Origin: Octopus sinensis
Taxonomy: Eukaryota
Length of the DNA stretch: 64,000 nucleotides
Assembly (NCBI RefSeq): GCF_006345805.1
Contig: NC_043010.1
Coordinates: 51,150,001 to 51,214,000 of the forward strand
Direction of reading: 5' to 3'
Shown here: one piece after another, positions 51,230 to 64,000 of the stretch
How positions within the stretch are numbered: the first letter of the stretch is position 1
Layout of the letters: the number at the start of each line of letters is the position of its first letter
The notes under the pieces: model-generated
What the model was told of the DNA's origin: nothing
What the model saw: only the letters and a program-made list of their open reading frames with translations
Database searches by the model: none
Position numbers and translations under genes: made by a program

Positions 51230-51633
51230 GAGTGAGAGAGCAGTGCATGCCATCAAAGTGACACTGGGGTAAAATATACGAAGCCCAGTATACCCATCAT
51301 GATTAACCGTTTCATAAGGGTACACCAGACACATGCATCACAGCCATGTGTGCGTAACATGGTGATCTCATATCAAGATAAACAGTGCATGACCTTGCAG
51401 GTGAGGCCCAGTTAGAATTCTCTTCTGGTCAGGTAGCACGTCCCACTCAAAAGGTCCTTGAATAAGGATTGTTTAAGGATGTTGAACGAACCACCTATGT
51501 TTCCAAAGGTGAATTATCCAAACTTCCAAGAATTCCTTTCAACACACAGCTATAATGCTTCCCCACTACTTCTGCTCGTGGTCAGAGATGCACATATCGT
51601 CAGCCACTAAGGGACATGGTCAACTGGTTAAGG

Positions 51634-51664
<31 letters not shown>

Positions 51665-51676
51665 CATTTTTATTAA

Positions 51677-51715
<39 letters not shown>

Positions 51716-51890
51716 GGTGGCAAGCTGGTAGTTCATCTGTCACTACATACTGAGTTCACCAAGGTCAGCTTTACTTTTCATCCTTTCAAGGTCGATAAAG
51801 TAAGTACCAGTTAAGTATTGGGGTTCAATGTGATTGACTATCCCCTTCCCCACAAAATCCAGGCCTTGTGCCTATAGTAGAAAGGATTGA

Positions 51891-51932
<42 letters not shown>

Positions 51933-51989
51933 CATTATTATTATTCAGTAGTTTTATTTTTATATCGTGCTTTCACTACACTACCTATC

Positions 51990-52400
51990 GCAATCACAGC
52001 GTACCTTGGGTATGTGCTGTGGTTTGTTGTGACGCTCTTATGGTCACTGTATTGAAAGTGTTTTGCGTAGGATGTGTATAGTGCCTAGTAGTGCAATTTT
52101 CTGTATGTTATATATATTTTTAAGTCCTGGTGTTTTTGTTATGTATTTGTCTGAATATTTTTTTATCATACCTAATGCACCCACTATGATAGGAATTGTT
52201 TCTGTTTTTAGATTCCACATACGATTTACCGCTATTTCCAGGTCTTTGTATTTTGAAAGTTTCTCCATCTCTTTTAGAGAAACATTGTCATTTGTTGGTA
52301 TTGATACATCAATTAGAAAACATTTTTTTCTTCGTGATCTCTGACAACTATATCTGGCCTATTGGCCTTAATTTCTCTATCGGTGTGAATTGGCATATCC
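51990..52400 (-). mobile_element. R4/Dong-like (restriction-like endonuclease) non-LTR 3' end next to (TAA)n; related ends at about 2300-2510 (-) and 2765-2990 (+)
   Basis: EKLSKYKDLEIAVNRMWNLKTETIPIIVGALG...QKIALLGTIHILRK, followed by a TAA/TAT-rich tract. Confidence 0.8.
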
Positions 52401-52483
52401 CAAAGTATGGTTGCTTTCTCGTTTTCTGTGACCTTTTTATTTCATTTTTATTATTATTATCATCATTATTATTGAAGCCATTA

Positions 52484-52520
<37 letters not shown>

Positions 52521-52564
52521 ACAACCAGAATAACAGTTTAAATAGAAATAATTTGTCACCTTAC

Positions 52565-52872
52565 CTTAGCAGAGTATTGTTACTGTCAGCTATATTCCTC
52601 ACTCCATGGAGACTTGTGTTGCTTGAAAAATGCATTAAAAGGTTTTTCGTGGCATCTTTCTCTTTTTTCTCCTCTTTGATGAGATTACTTTGAGAACTAA
52701 TATAACTTTCTTCTTTTTTATATAATTCATTTCCAAGGCTACTGACATGCTGCTTCTTATCAAAATGAACTTTCTCTGTGATGTAATCTATCCAAGATTT
52801 TCCCTGTGTAGGGTCTCCTGTTCTATCATTACGAATAAATGAAGGCCAACGAAAATTCATGTTTCCTCTCAT
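52565..52872 (-). CDS. DEG/ENaC channel, coding exon 1 (cytoplasmic N-terminus with HG motif)
   Basis: ORF ends ...HFSSNTSLHGVRNIADSNNTLLR, carrying the pre-TM1 (S/T)xHG gating motif. Donor AG|GTAAGG, phase 2. An acceptor (aatttag|) 10 nt before the ATG implies upstream exons. Confidence 0.88.
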
Positions 52873-53683
52873 GCAACATTGACTAAATTAAGTATACATA
52901 TACATATATATGCATACACACACATATATAAAGATTTTCATTTATATTTCATTATCCAATGGACCATTTCTTGATGCTTAATTTCAGCAATATCAATAAA
53001 ACTGATATTCTCAAACTTGTGCCTTTGGAATAAGAAAAAGAAAAAAATTAAATTCACAGAGGTGACCTTTATATTCCCTGTATATATAACTTTCAAGTTT
53101 GTTGTCAAAGATGTCCAAAAGAGATAATATATTTCATTCTTTCATGATTTACTTTGGGTTTGCTTATTTTTACATTTATGATATTCATGAGTTTTGGGTC
53201 CATCCCACATTTACAAAGAAATCAATCCAGTGTACTTTGTTGTGAATGAAATGCATAAGTTAAAATATATGAATTCATCTACCATCAGAAAAGAAGAGGC
53301 TCAACAATCTTGTTTCATTATAAACTTGAGAGGTAGCACACATTTGATGGTGTCTGGTTCGCGGTTTTGGGCAATGAAAATTTTGATACTATATAACAAA
53401 CAATAAATGTTTAAGTGAAAGTAACGGTCTTTCTGTGTTCCTGAATGGCTAACTTATGTCTTCAACACTGCAATGGTCTTAGTTTCAACACACAATGCAA
53501 GTACAACTCTGTAATACAAACTTGGATGTTCAAGGATAAATGAAGTTTTAAAATGGATAATATTTATGAGTTTCAGATCTATCCTGGATCGGCAAAGAAA
53601 TCAATTCAATGTACTTTGTCAACGATGAAATGCAAAGGTTGATATGAATATATCTGCTGTCAGGAAAGAAAGAGGCTCATTAC

Positions 53684-53710
53684 CTTTGTCTTATAACAGA
53701 CTTGAATATT
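53684..53710 (-). other. Candidate 27-nt upstream micro-exon of the channel gene
   Basis: Acceptor aatttatttcag|, donor AAG|GTAATG. It can join the acceptor at 52882 in frame with the ATG (IFKSVIRQ-S-QCC-M). No transcript evidence. Confidence 0.3.
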
Positions 53711-53795
53711 CTGAAATAAATTAGCAGTTTTCTCACTAAAGGGAAAAAAACCCTATTAAACATTAAGCCCTGGAAACAAATATACATATGTATGC

Positions 53796-53836
<41 letters not shown>

Positions 53837-54993
53837 CACATATATATAAACACACAAACATATGTATCCACATATATGCACGCATGTATATACATATGTA
53901 CATACATATATCTACATACATATATACATTTACATAAGTGTGCACAAACACACACACACAAATACACACATACACGCAAACACACATACATATATAAACT
54001 ACCAATAAAAAACGATGTTTTAAATGGGAAATGAATATGCCGACAACATCTTGGAAATGAAGGACAATTTTGAAAGCAGAACACTCCATTGTTGTCTTAT
54101 CACCAAAGTACAATGGGAAGACACTCCCACTCTAATACGTTATTGTCTTTAGCTTCATGTATTTTAAAGATTTTTTTTCTTCCCTTATTGACCATATTCT
54201 TACTGCTCTGGATTTGTTTTACCAATTTTCTTTTCCTTTTGTTCTCTCATTTCGTTTTTTCCTTTTTTCTCTCGGTCAGCTCTAAACAGCCCATTAACGC
54301 CTGACATTAAAACATCAAACAATCAATTTGCCTCATTTCTATACGCTATCTCTTTTACCTGTATTTTTTGCCATCTATATTTTATATTCACCTTTTGTCA
54401 TCTATATTATGAAGCAATTAGAAGGTTGATTAGAAAAGCCCTTCCTTAAGTGGCATTGATGATATTATTCAACTGTTCCATTACAATTAACAAAGAATAT
54501 TTAACTGCTTCCTTTCTGGTCTGTGTTTTTTATTTATTATTCTCAAAGGAATACATGCGTGCATAAATACATACATACATAAATGTATACATATATATAC
54601 ATAAAAAACATACATCTATATACACACACACACACACACACACAGAAAGAGAGAAGAGAGAGTGAGTGGTGACAATTAGGACGATGATGATGATATATGT
54701 ATGAATGTATGCCTGCATATGTATGTATGTATGAATATATGTAAGCATGCATGTATGTGTATGTATGCCTGTCTGTATGTATGCATGTATGTATATATAT
54801 ATATATATAGAGGGAGAGAGAGATATGTATGAATGTATGTATGTATGTATGTACATACGTACATATGTAGGCATGTATGTAAGCATACATGTATGTATGC
54901 ATGTATATATGTGTGTGAATGTATGCATATGCATGTATGTGTGAATATATGTAAACATGCATATATGTTTGTGTATGTATGCGTGTATGTATG

Positions 54994-55024
<31 letters not shown>

Positions 55025-55745
55025 ATGCATGTATGTGTGTGTGTGTATGTATGCATATGCATGTATTGATATATGTAAGCGGGCATGTATGTATGTATGT
55101 ATGCATGCATGCATGTATATATATATGTATGTATGCATGTATGTATGTATGTACATATGTAAGTAAGTATGAATGCATGCATATATGTATGCATGCATGC
55201 ATGTTATCATGTATGTATGTGCATGTATACATGCATGTATGTATGTATATATGCATGCATGTAAATGTATATAGCTCTGCATAGCATAAACTTTCACAAA
55301 GCTGGTTGAAAGTGATTCAAAAAGAGATCCTCAAATAGGGCTGGCTGGCATCAAAGATTCTTCAAACAAGACACAATGTTACAAAACTTTAACAATGCAA
55401 GCTATATGATGCTTTTGATATGTTCCAGAAGGAAAGGTTAACATGTGCAACAATAAAATTCCAGGGAAGTGAAAGTCCTCATGAGACATAGGACAAGGTG
55501 TGAGATCATTTAGACAGTCAATGAACAAACAATGGAAAATCTCACCTAATAGAGACATCCACCCACCAGAAATAGAGAATAAAAATCAATCGCTCTCATC
55601 AAAGTGGGGAGATCAGATAGAGAGAGACAAGAGCCGTAGATATTATGCAAACAGACTCTGAAGTTTTCAATAAATTTGTTAACAGAATCACCCACATCAT
55701 CACCACCACCACCACCACCAGTATGCTAGTGTGTGCTAGTATGAT

Positions 55746-55776
<31 letters not shown>

Positions 55777-56525
55777 GAGATAGATAGATAGATAGATAGG
55801 TAGACAGATACATATATACATACGTACATATACAATGTGTGTGTATATAAATATAAATATATATGTGTGTGTGTATATATATATATGTGTGTGTGTGTAT
55901 GTATATATATATGTATATGTATATATATATATATGTATGTATATACTACACTCTCAGAGTTGTTGGCGTTAGGAAGGGCATCCAGCTGTAGAAACACTGC
56001 CAGATCTGACTGGCCTGGTGCAGCCTTCGGGCTCCCCAGTCCCCAGTTAAACCGTCCAACCCATGCTAGCATGGAAAGCGGACATTAAACGATGATGATG
56101 ATGATGATATATATGTGTATATATATATATGTATATATAATAATAAGAGTAATATAATAATAAGTATCCATACGTAGCATTTGATAAATCTATGATAAAT
56201 CGTTTTCAATGGAAAGCTGTGCTGAAGAAGGATGTGAAATATATATGCAATGTATATGAAATATATATCAAAAATATATATGAAACATATATTCAATATG
56301 TTTATAATCCAGAAACATGATGTTCACAGATAACCACCAGACTTCGTTTTCGTTATCTATTCCTTCTGTTTTGCATATGTGAATTACAGGGTTTGTCATG
56401 CCCGGAGTCCAACTTTGATAGAAATAGGCATTCTTGACTGCTATTTCTATTTTTTCGGTATGCGGTCAAGCAACCTGTTTGCCTGTCCCTTTTTCTTATA
56501 TACTATATATGTATATATATATATA

Positions 56526-56589
<64 letters not shown>

Positions 56590-56829
56590 TAAAGTTAAAG
56601 TCTGATCATAAAGTGATCAATGGTTTTGCATCTACAAAAGCCACAGCTCATCAGACTATACAAAGACAAATTTAATTCTTCACCACTTGGAGGTAAAAAG
56701 TTATTACAATCAATTGGTTAAAAGGCCATCAGAGAATGAAAATTCCAGAGTTGATGAAGTTGGGTTGTCTCCCCAAGAGGGATCTATCTCGTAGCCTACT
56801 AACAGATCATAAGGACTCTTACAATCTTA

Positions 56830-57080
56830 ATCAGAGAATGGGGAATCCCAATTTTGTAGCAGGTAGCACTTGAAATGGATACATTGTGTGTACATTTCTT
56901 GACAAATATTCGGTGAGGCAGGCTTAATAAAGTCTTTAAGTACTCTGGTTCGCTCAGTTATGCAGAGCTTGCAGTATCCACTCCTATTAATGTAGGGACC
57001 TGGCTGTTCTAAGATCTTCCACTTGATATCATATGGAACCCTTATCTGTGATGCAGCATGGAATTTTGTCAGTGAACAGG
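56830..57080 (-). mobile_element. Penelope-like GIY-YIG C-terminal fragment
   Basis: IKWKILEQPGPY...CKLCITER...EMYTQCIH. Confidence 0.78.
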
Positions 57081-57196
57081 TTGCAATTTCAAAGAGACGA
57101 AAATATTTTGGCAAATTAAATATAAATGTTGAAGTGAATCTAATAGTTTTCGTGTGTTTCTTAAATGGCTTATAAACACCTTCCACACAGCAATTG

Positions 57197-57235
<39 letters not shown>

Positions 57236-57448
57236 AGCCATATCCAGTCAAAATATTCCACTTGTTCTATGTTCAAACCAAATCAGCAAGATCTGGCTTC
57301 TCACACCAACACTATGATGTCAATTTAAAAGTAAACAATCACATCATTGAAATCTCAAAGCTACAAGATAATGCATTGATTAATTGTAAATGATGTGAAT
57401 AAATAAGCATTACATTTGACAAAGTGATCTGAATGCTAAAGGGTTAAG

Positions 57449-58430
57449 TATTGAGTCAGCTCATAAATAATGCAGTTTTTGCAATTGAATGAACTAACGG
57501 TTGGAGGGGGATGGGATAAACTACCTGCATCAACTTGCTATAAAAGTGCAAGTTTTGAAGAGTGCAATTCAATTGTAACAGTTATTTTTCAAAGCTATAA
57601 CAGAAGCGTCAAAGGAGCATAATTTGCTTTATGAGTTCAATGAAGGCAACAACACAATGGAAAGTGCGAGGAATATTAATGCAGTATATGGAAATTGGAC
57701 AAGGGTGGTTCTAGTAATTCCGAGCCAGAAACTACAGCCTAGAAGATGTGCCTTATCCTGGAAGATCTGTAGAGCTTGGCAAGGACATCCTGCAAAGCCT
57801 GATGGAACAAAATCCCATCGTAATTGTTGAGGAACTAGCAGAGAAGCTTGGATTTGGTCATTCATCAACACCTGTGTGCCAATGGAAAAAGTCATAAATT
57901 GGGTCAATGGGTTCCTCACAAACTTTCTGAGTCTAATTGCATACAGAGAGTGAACATATGCTCTTCTTTGCTGTCACATTTCATGAATGAACCTTTTTTG
58001 GACCGAATAGTGACTGGTGACGAGAAATGGGTTCTCTATAAAAAAATTGTCAAGCACCAAAGACAGTGGGTAGGGAAAGGAGAAACACTGGCACCTCAGG
58101 CTAAAGACGGTCTTCACCCACATAATGAGTTGTTATCTTAAGTCAGCACTAGAAGAAAAATGACTATGTTTGGTTTCAAGATGAAAGGTGTTCTTCCATC
58201 AGGATAATGCTTGACCACATACAGTGAGGATGACATTCCAAAGGATGGAGCAGTTTGAATGGGAAATGATGCACCACCCACCATATTTGCTGAATATTGT
58301 CCCATCTGATTATCATTAATTCTGTAGTCTTCAAAATAATTTGGACAGAAAAAATATGAATTTTGTACATGAGGTCAGAACAGTATTGGAGGAGCATTTT
58401 ACGTTACGGACAAGTGAATTTTGCCTGAGG
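57449..58430 (+). mobile_element. Decayed mariner (DD34D-type) transposon
   Basis: Frameshifted pieces ARNINAVYG (HTH), DRIVTGDEKWVLY, HQDN, HPPY...PSDYH. Another C-terminal relic (PDIAPSDYGLF) is at about 32345-32540. Confidence 0.9.
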
Positions 58431-59169
58431 CTTTAGTAGAAGACACTTGCCCAAAATGCTTCACAGTGAACTCAATCCAGAGCCATGTGGTTGGTAAGCA
58501 AGCTTCTTATCACACAGCCACTCCTGCAGCTCGCTCTCTCTCTCATCATTTTAATGTCTACTTTTCCATGCTTGCATGGCTGGATGAAGTTTGAGACAGA
58601 TTTTCTACAACCAGATGCCCTTCCTGTTGCCAACCCTCACCTATTTCCAAGCAATGTAATATTTCCCCTTGGCCAGATATGTTTTCCATGAAAGACTAGA
58701 AAACAAACAACATTGCTTATTAACAATCATAACATAATGTCAAACTAAGGGAACACCAAAAACACATCATCATTTTAACGTCTACTCTCTCATGCTTGCA
58801 TGGTTGAGTGGAGCTTATTGAGGCACATTTTCCACAGCTGGATGCCAACCCTCAAGGAAGGTAATATTTCCACATAGCCAGATATATTTTTACAGAATGT
58901 TGGTAATGAATGACACTACTTCTCTGACAGTGACAATCATTTTACAGTTTTCACACAATGTCAAATGCAAGGAGACAGACACTCACACACACACATGCAT
59001 GAGACTATAATGACACCTAAGTGTTGTACAGTGGAATTGAATCTGGAGCACATATGGTGGGGGAGCAAGGTTCTCAACCACGCAACCAAACCTGTGTTGA
59101 TTATCAGAAGGAAAAAAATGGCAATATAAATATTTGAAAAACAGTGTAGGAGTGGCTGTATGGCATATA

Positions 59170-59577
59170 GGAGTAGGAGTGGCTGTGTGGTAAGTAGCTT
59201 GCTTACAAACCACATTGTTCTGGGTTCAGTCACACTGCATGGCACATTGGGCAAGTGTCTTCCACTATAGCCTCGGGCCGGCCAAAGCCTTGTTAGTGGA
59301 TTTGGTAGACGGAAACTGAAAGAAGCGCGTCGTATATATGTATATATATATATGTGAGTTTGTGTGTCTGTGTTTGTCCCCCCAACATCGCTTGACAACC
59401 GATGCTGGTGTGTTTACGTCCCCGTAACTTAGCAGTTCGGCAAAAGAGACCGATAGAATAAATACTAGGCTTACAAAGAACAAGTCCTGGGGTTGATTTG
59501 CTCGACTAAAGGCGGTGCTCCAGCATGGCCACAGTCAAATGACTGAAACAATGAAAAGACTAAAAGAGTAAAAGAGT
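59170..59577 (+). mobile_element. tRNA-derived SINE family A, representative copy; others at about 6856-7260, 15135-15597, 27098-27500, 27814-28140, 37905-38150, 42640-42925 (+) and 10800-11120, 26100-26510, 62540-62940 (-)
   Basis: A-box TGGCTGTGTGG, B-box GGTTCAGTCCC, internal (TA/TG)n, AAAAGAGT tail; more than 10 similar copies. Confidence 0.93.
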
Positions 59578-61761
59578 GTTCTATTAATTAAAAACAATGT
59601 TTTAATCCGATAAAAGAAAATTCACAGTCAAATGAAAAATAAATCTTGGTTAGTAAAAACAAAAAAAAAAAAAATAATAATAACAATAACAACAACAGTT
59701 AACCATTGCTGGAAACAGCTGAAATAATTTTAATCAAAGCATATGAAATCTGAATTTATTGGGGAATGTAAATGGTTATGTTTCATCTATGAGATGTATC
59801 TGTTTCAAACTCAAAGAATATAACCAACAAATGTTAACAACTACAAGAAATAAAGAAAAATTAAAATATTTCTTTGGGTAGAAGAAGAAAGAAAAAAACA
59901 CAGTCTCCCAGTAAATTCTCAGTGAAAATTCTTCTGCAGTTTCTTGTAACTATTTGAAGAGGGTATGTGTTTACCATTTTGATTAGTCAGTCAAATGTAT
60001 TGCTTATTCATTCAAATTGCTTTGAATTTATCATGCATCAATAGCATAGCTTTGAGACTTCAATAATGTGATTGTTTATTTTCAGAATGACATTGTAGGA
60101 TAGGTGTGATAGGCCAGAGTCAACTGGTTTGAACATAAAACAGGTTCAATATTTGAGCTGGATATGGTCAGTTTAAAAGCTAAAGAGTTTTTTCATTAAT
60201 TTGGTCTTAAAAGACAAAATCAATGAAATGAAAATTAAATTAATTAAATTTCTTTCAGTCAATTATTAACTGTTAAGATTTTTCAATTAACCTTTTAGAA
60301 TTTAAACTAGTCATATCAAACCCAAATATCTTATCTACTTTATGTTGAAACTGGCCGGATCCTGCCTCTCACACCTATCCTACCATCTCATTATAAAACT
60401 AAGTAATCACACCATTGAAATCTTGAAGCTATGTGATAATGTGTGGTTAATTCAAAACAATGTGAATAAATATGCATTATATATGAGAGAGTAATCTAAA
60501 TGCTGAAGAGTTAAGAAGTGTTATTTAGTTAAATATTACCGGTGTCAGTTTAAGACAGAGAAACAAAAACTGCAGGAGCAGTTCAATGGGTCTGTTTCAC
60601 TTTTCAGTTTCAAATTAAATAATAATATTTTGTTTTTCATAACAAAATATAAAGTTTGAAAAGTAAAAATTCAATTAATTCCAAGATTGAGTTTAGCCAT
60701 ACAAAAACCCCAAAAACAAATAGATATTTAGAAAGGAAAATTAATTATAAGTAAAAACTGCATATGTTTCTCTCCTAAATGAATTACAATGTAGAAAAAT
60801 TAACATTACAATTACAGATACAATTAATTAAATGTATACAAGGGAAAAAAATATCCATGCATTTTATTAACATTAGTGGATTTTATTTCAGAGGTGGAGA
60901 GATCTATTACTAGGTGGAGGGTGGTCTAATTAGGGAGTGTGTGATTTTAATTAAATATTGTGCTTGCTAGATTAAATTCAAAAACGTTTATTCTATTTAA
61001 TTTTTTTTTAAATTTCAATCTAAAGTACAATGTCCAGTTTCTGACAAAATACCTAAATTAACATATTAATTTGACCTTCATTTAAAAGAGAAGCGAGAAG
61101 TCACTTCTTTAATTAATTAGTTACTGCCAAAAAAAAAAATTCCCCTCTAAAGCAGATAATATATTGATAATGAGGTTTATATGAACAAGTGTTAATTAGT
61201 GACAAAAAAAATAATTATCTAATAAATAAGAAACCAACAGTCAGCAACACACTGAGTTTGAAGATTAAAAAATAAAACAAATTTTTTTTTTTGAACCCAC
61301 AGTTTTTTTGTTGTCTTTTTGTAATTTTATAATTTTTGTTTTTTGTTTTGTTTGCTTTTTTTGCTTGCTAAATTCTTCATTAAGGAAACTTTCTATAATA
61401 CACCTATGTATATACACGCATATACATTCACATATATACACATACATACACGTCGACATATACATATATACATACACACTGACACACACACATATATATA
61501 CACACACACACCCCTACACATTACATATACAGTTATTAAGGATTCATAATAGAAAAAAAAAAAGGTTTTAGAATATCTGAGTTTTGGACTATATTATTTT
61601 ATACTAATTAACTCCCAATAAAATAACAACAATGAGTGATTTTTTTTTAAATCTGTTTTTTTTTTTCTTTTTTGCAGCCACAAACCAACTGTCATTAGAC
61701 TGCACTAAGTAGTAGTAGTAGTAGTAATAGTAGCAGCAGCAATAGTAGTTGTAACTGTGTT

Positions 61762-61800
<39 letters not shown>

Positions 61801-62214
61801 ATATATTGTAAAATTAAATTCTATTTTTTGCTTGCTTTTTCTTTCGTTCTGTGTATGTGTGTTTTCTTTGCTTTTAGAGAGAATTACAGAGTCACATGAA
61901 TGAGATTCCTAAACAAGTTAACCCAGCAAAAACCATTATTTGTTTTGTTTTTGTTTTTGGTTATTATTTTTTTTTCTTCTTCTTTAATAACAATTCAAGC
62001 ATATAAAATGTACATTGTAACAGCAAGTCCAGTCGTTCAGTTTTTTCCTAAAGTTGCCTTTATCCTGAGAGGAAGATGTCATTTGTTGAAAGACGTTTCT
62101 GGTTTTTGTCATCCAAATTTCAGTTCTGTTGCCATAGCTACAAGTATTAGGAGTCCCTTGAGGCACGTTTGCCCCACCAGCGTCAGCCTCACTGCCACCA
62201 GTAGAAAGTAAATC

Positions 62215-62361
62215 TCAGGAAACAGCCAGGGAGAAGAGCACGATTCGAGCTGGGTTGAAGTACAAGTGTGATGAGTGAAAGACCAATGACCACATGTAAG
62301 GGATGAAAAATTCCTCTGGAGATTCTTCTTCGACATACTTAAAACGCAGCTCGGGAAATTT
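62215..62361 (-). CDS. ARMH3: ARMH3/C10orf76 terminal coding exon ([48 protein letters not shown])
   Basis: Acceptor tttttttttgcag|AAA. The [27 protein letters not shown] motif matches the conserved ARMH3 C-terminus as I recall it. TGA ends at 62215. Confidence 0.92.
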   Translation of the reverse strand, partial: KFPELRFKYVEEESPEEFFIPYMWSLVFHSSHLYFNPARIVLFSLAVS

Positions 62362-62787
62362 CTGCAAAAAAAAAATATTACAATGTCTATATAATGCCAG
62401 TTGACATGTTGGTCGGTTGAAAGAAGTGAGAGAGAACATAAAAGAAAGATAGAGAGAGAGTTGACATAAAAGTGTAGAAGGAGTGCACATACTAGGCTAG
62501 GTGGCAGGCAATGGGAAAAAGAAAGCTATGCACACACATATTCTTTTATTCTTTTACTGGTTTCAGTCATTGGACTGCAGTCATGCTAGAGCACTGCCTT
62601 TAAAGATTTTAGTCAAAACAAATCAGCCCCAAGACTTATTCTTTGTAAGCCTAGTATTTACTGTCAGTCTCTTTTGTTGAAGTGCTAAGTTATGGTGGAT
62701 GTAAACATACCAACATCAGTTGTCAAGCAATGGGCGGGGACAAACACAGACACACACACACACATATATATATATATTATATATATA

Positions 62788-62831
<44 letters not shown>

Positions 62832-63285
62832 TACAGGTTTCTTTCAGTTTCCGCCTACCAAATCTACTCACAAGGAGAGGACACTTGCCCAAGGAGCCAC
62901 ACAGTAGGACTGAACCCAGAACCATGTGGTTGGGAATACTCTGCTGAGTTAACCTTATTTTTCATTTTTTTTTTCAAATTATTCAAATTGTAATGGTAAT
63001 TTATGGACTCCTGTAAGTACCAAGAAATTTGATAAAAGTTAAATAAATAATTAGTGTATGTATGCCATATTTTCTGATATTACCCATAATGGCAATTTAT
63101 ATTTCCTTAGTTGTTACATGACAAGATAAAAATCTAATTATTACTATATGCTTAGCAGCCAATGAAAATATTTTGGAAAATGCAGAAAGATATAAAAACA
63201 TAGGATATATATAAGTTCAAACAGAAATATTTTGTTTTTTCAAAACCCCAACAAAATATACAAAAAAATAAATAAATAAACTCAC

Positions 63286-63399
63286 TCTTAATCGATCTTT
63301 ACGAAACTGTAAAGACCCTTCCTTAATGGTCGTTAAAACTTCATTTGGAGAAAGATTCTGTCCATTCTGTTCTAGTTTGGAAGAAAAATAGGCTAAGAC
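63286..63399 (-). CDS. ARMH3: ARMH3/C10orf76 penultimate coding exon (VLAYFSSKLEQNGQNLSPNEVLTTIKEGSLQFRKDRLR)
   Basis: Acceptor ...tttctctttcag|GTC, donor AGA|GTGAGT, 114 nt, phase 0-0. The peptide resembles the recalled human ARMH3 segment [35 protein letters not shown] and joins the next exon in frame. Confidence 0.88.
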
Positions 63400-64000
63400 C
63401 TGAAAGAGAAAAATTAAATAGAAAATCTTAAGAATTTCATCAGCATTGTTTTGACGTTCATTCCTCAATTCTCTCACGAGTCAGATAGAAATTGTTGAAG
63501 GAGATTTTCTATAGCAAGACGCTTCATATGTTGCCAATCTTCCCCTGTTTCCAAACAAGGCAATGTTTTTCACATAGCTAGACATGTTTTTCACAGAAGA
63601 CACCTGTACAATGATGTTCATTTACAACCATTATGTGACGTCTATACAAGGAGGCAAACACACAAACACATACACATCATCATCATTTAATGTCTGTTTT
63701 CCGTGCTGGCATAGGTGGGATGGTCTGCAGGATACAGCAAGCCACAAGGCTATGCTGTGCTTCATGCCAGCCTTGGCACAGTTTCTACAGCTGGATGCCC
63801 TTCCTAAGGCCAACAACTTACACACACACACACACATACATATATGTAAGTACATACATACATATATATATATATATGTCTCTGTCTCTGGATTTCATCC
63901 CACAGGTGTTCAATTGTGGTGCAAATCTGGGCTGAGAGCCAGCCACAGCATGGTTCTGATGTTGTGCTGACACAAGAAGTCCATAGTGACTCTGGCTACG

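Noticed and set aside
61900-62211. 103-aa plus-strand ORF
   Set aside because: Antisense to the ARMH3 3' region with no recognisable motif or splice support.

Overview
Eukaryotic, AT-rich, microsatellite-dense DNA. The tRNA-derived SINE families and (TA/CA/CAT)n density look like an octopus (coleoid cephalopod) genome; this is inferred from pattern recognition, not a database hit. Two protein-coding genes lie on the minus strand. (1) The last two exons of ARMH3/C10orf76 (63399-62215). (2) A divergent DEG/ENaC (amiloride-sensitive Na+ channel superfamily) gene that I assembled by hand into eight phase-compatible exons (52872-22870, 1482 nt, 493 aa). It has a GC-AG intron, a near-identical tandem copy of exon 2 and an apparently shortened knuckle segment. 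The rest is SINEs, fragments of RTE, CR1, R4/Dong-like and Penelope-like retroelements, a decayed mariner, an unclassified transposase relic, MITEs and simple repeats. The most unusual non-coding signal is a 199-bp-arm near-perfect palindrome in a channel intron (29841-30245). Each arm encodes a Penelope-type minimal hammerhead ribozyme core, one per strand, always preceded in the transcript by its own antisense copy. Related degenerate hammerhead motifs and long hairpins occur near other exons. Most ORFs in the supplied track are microsatellite or repeat artefacts.
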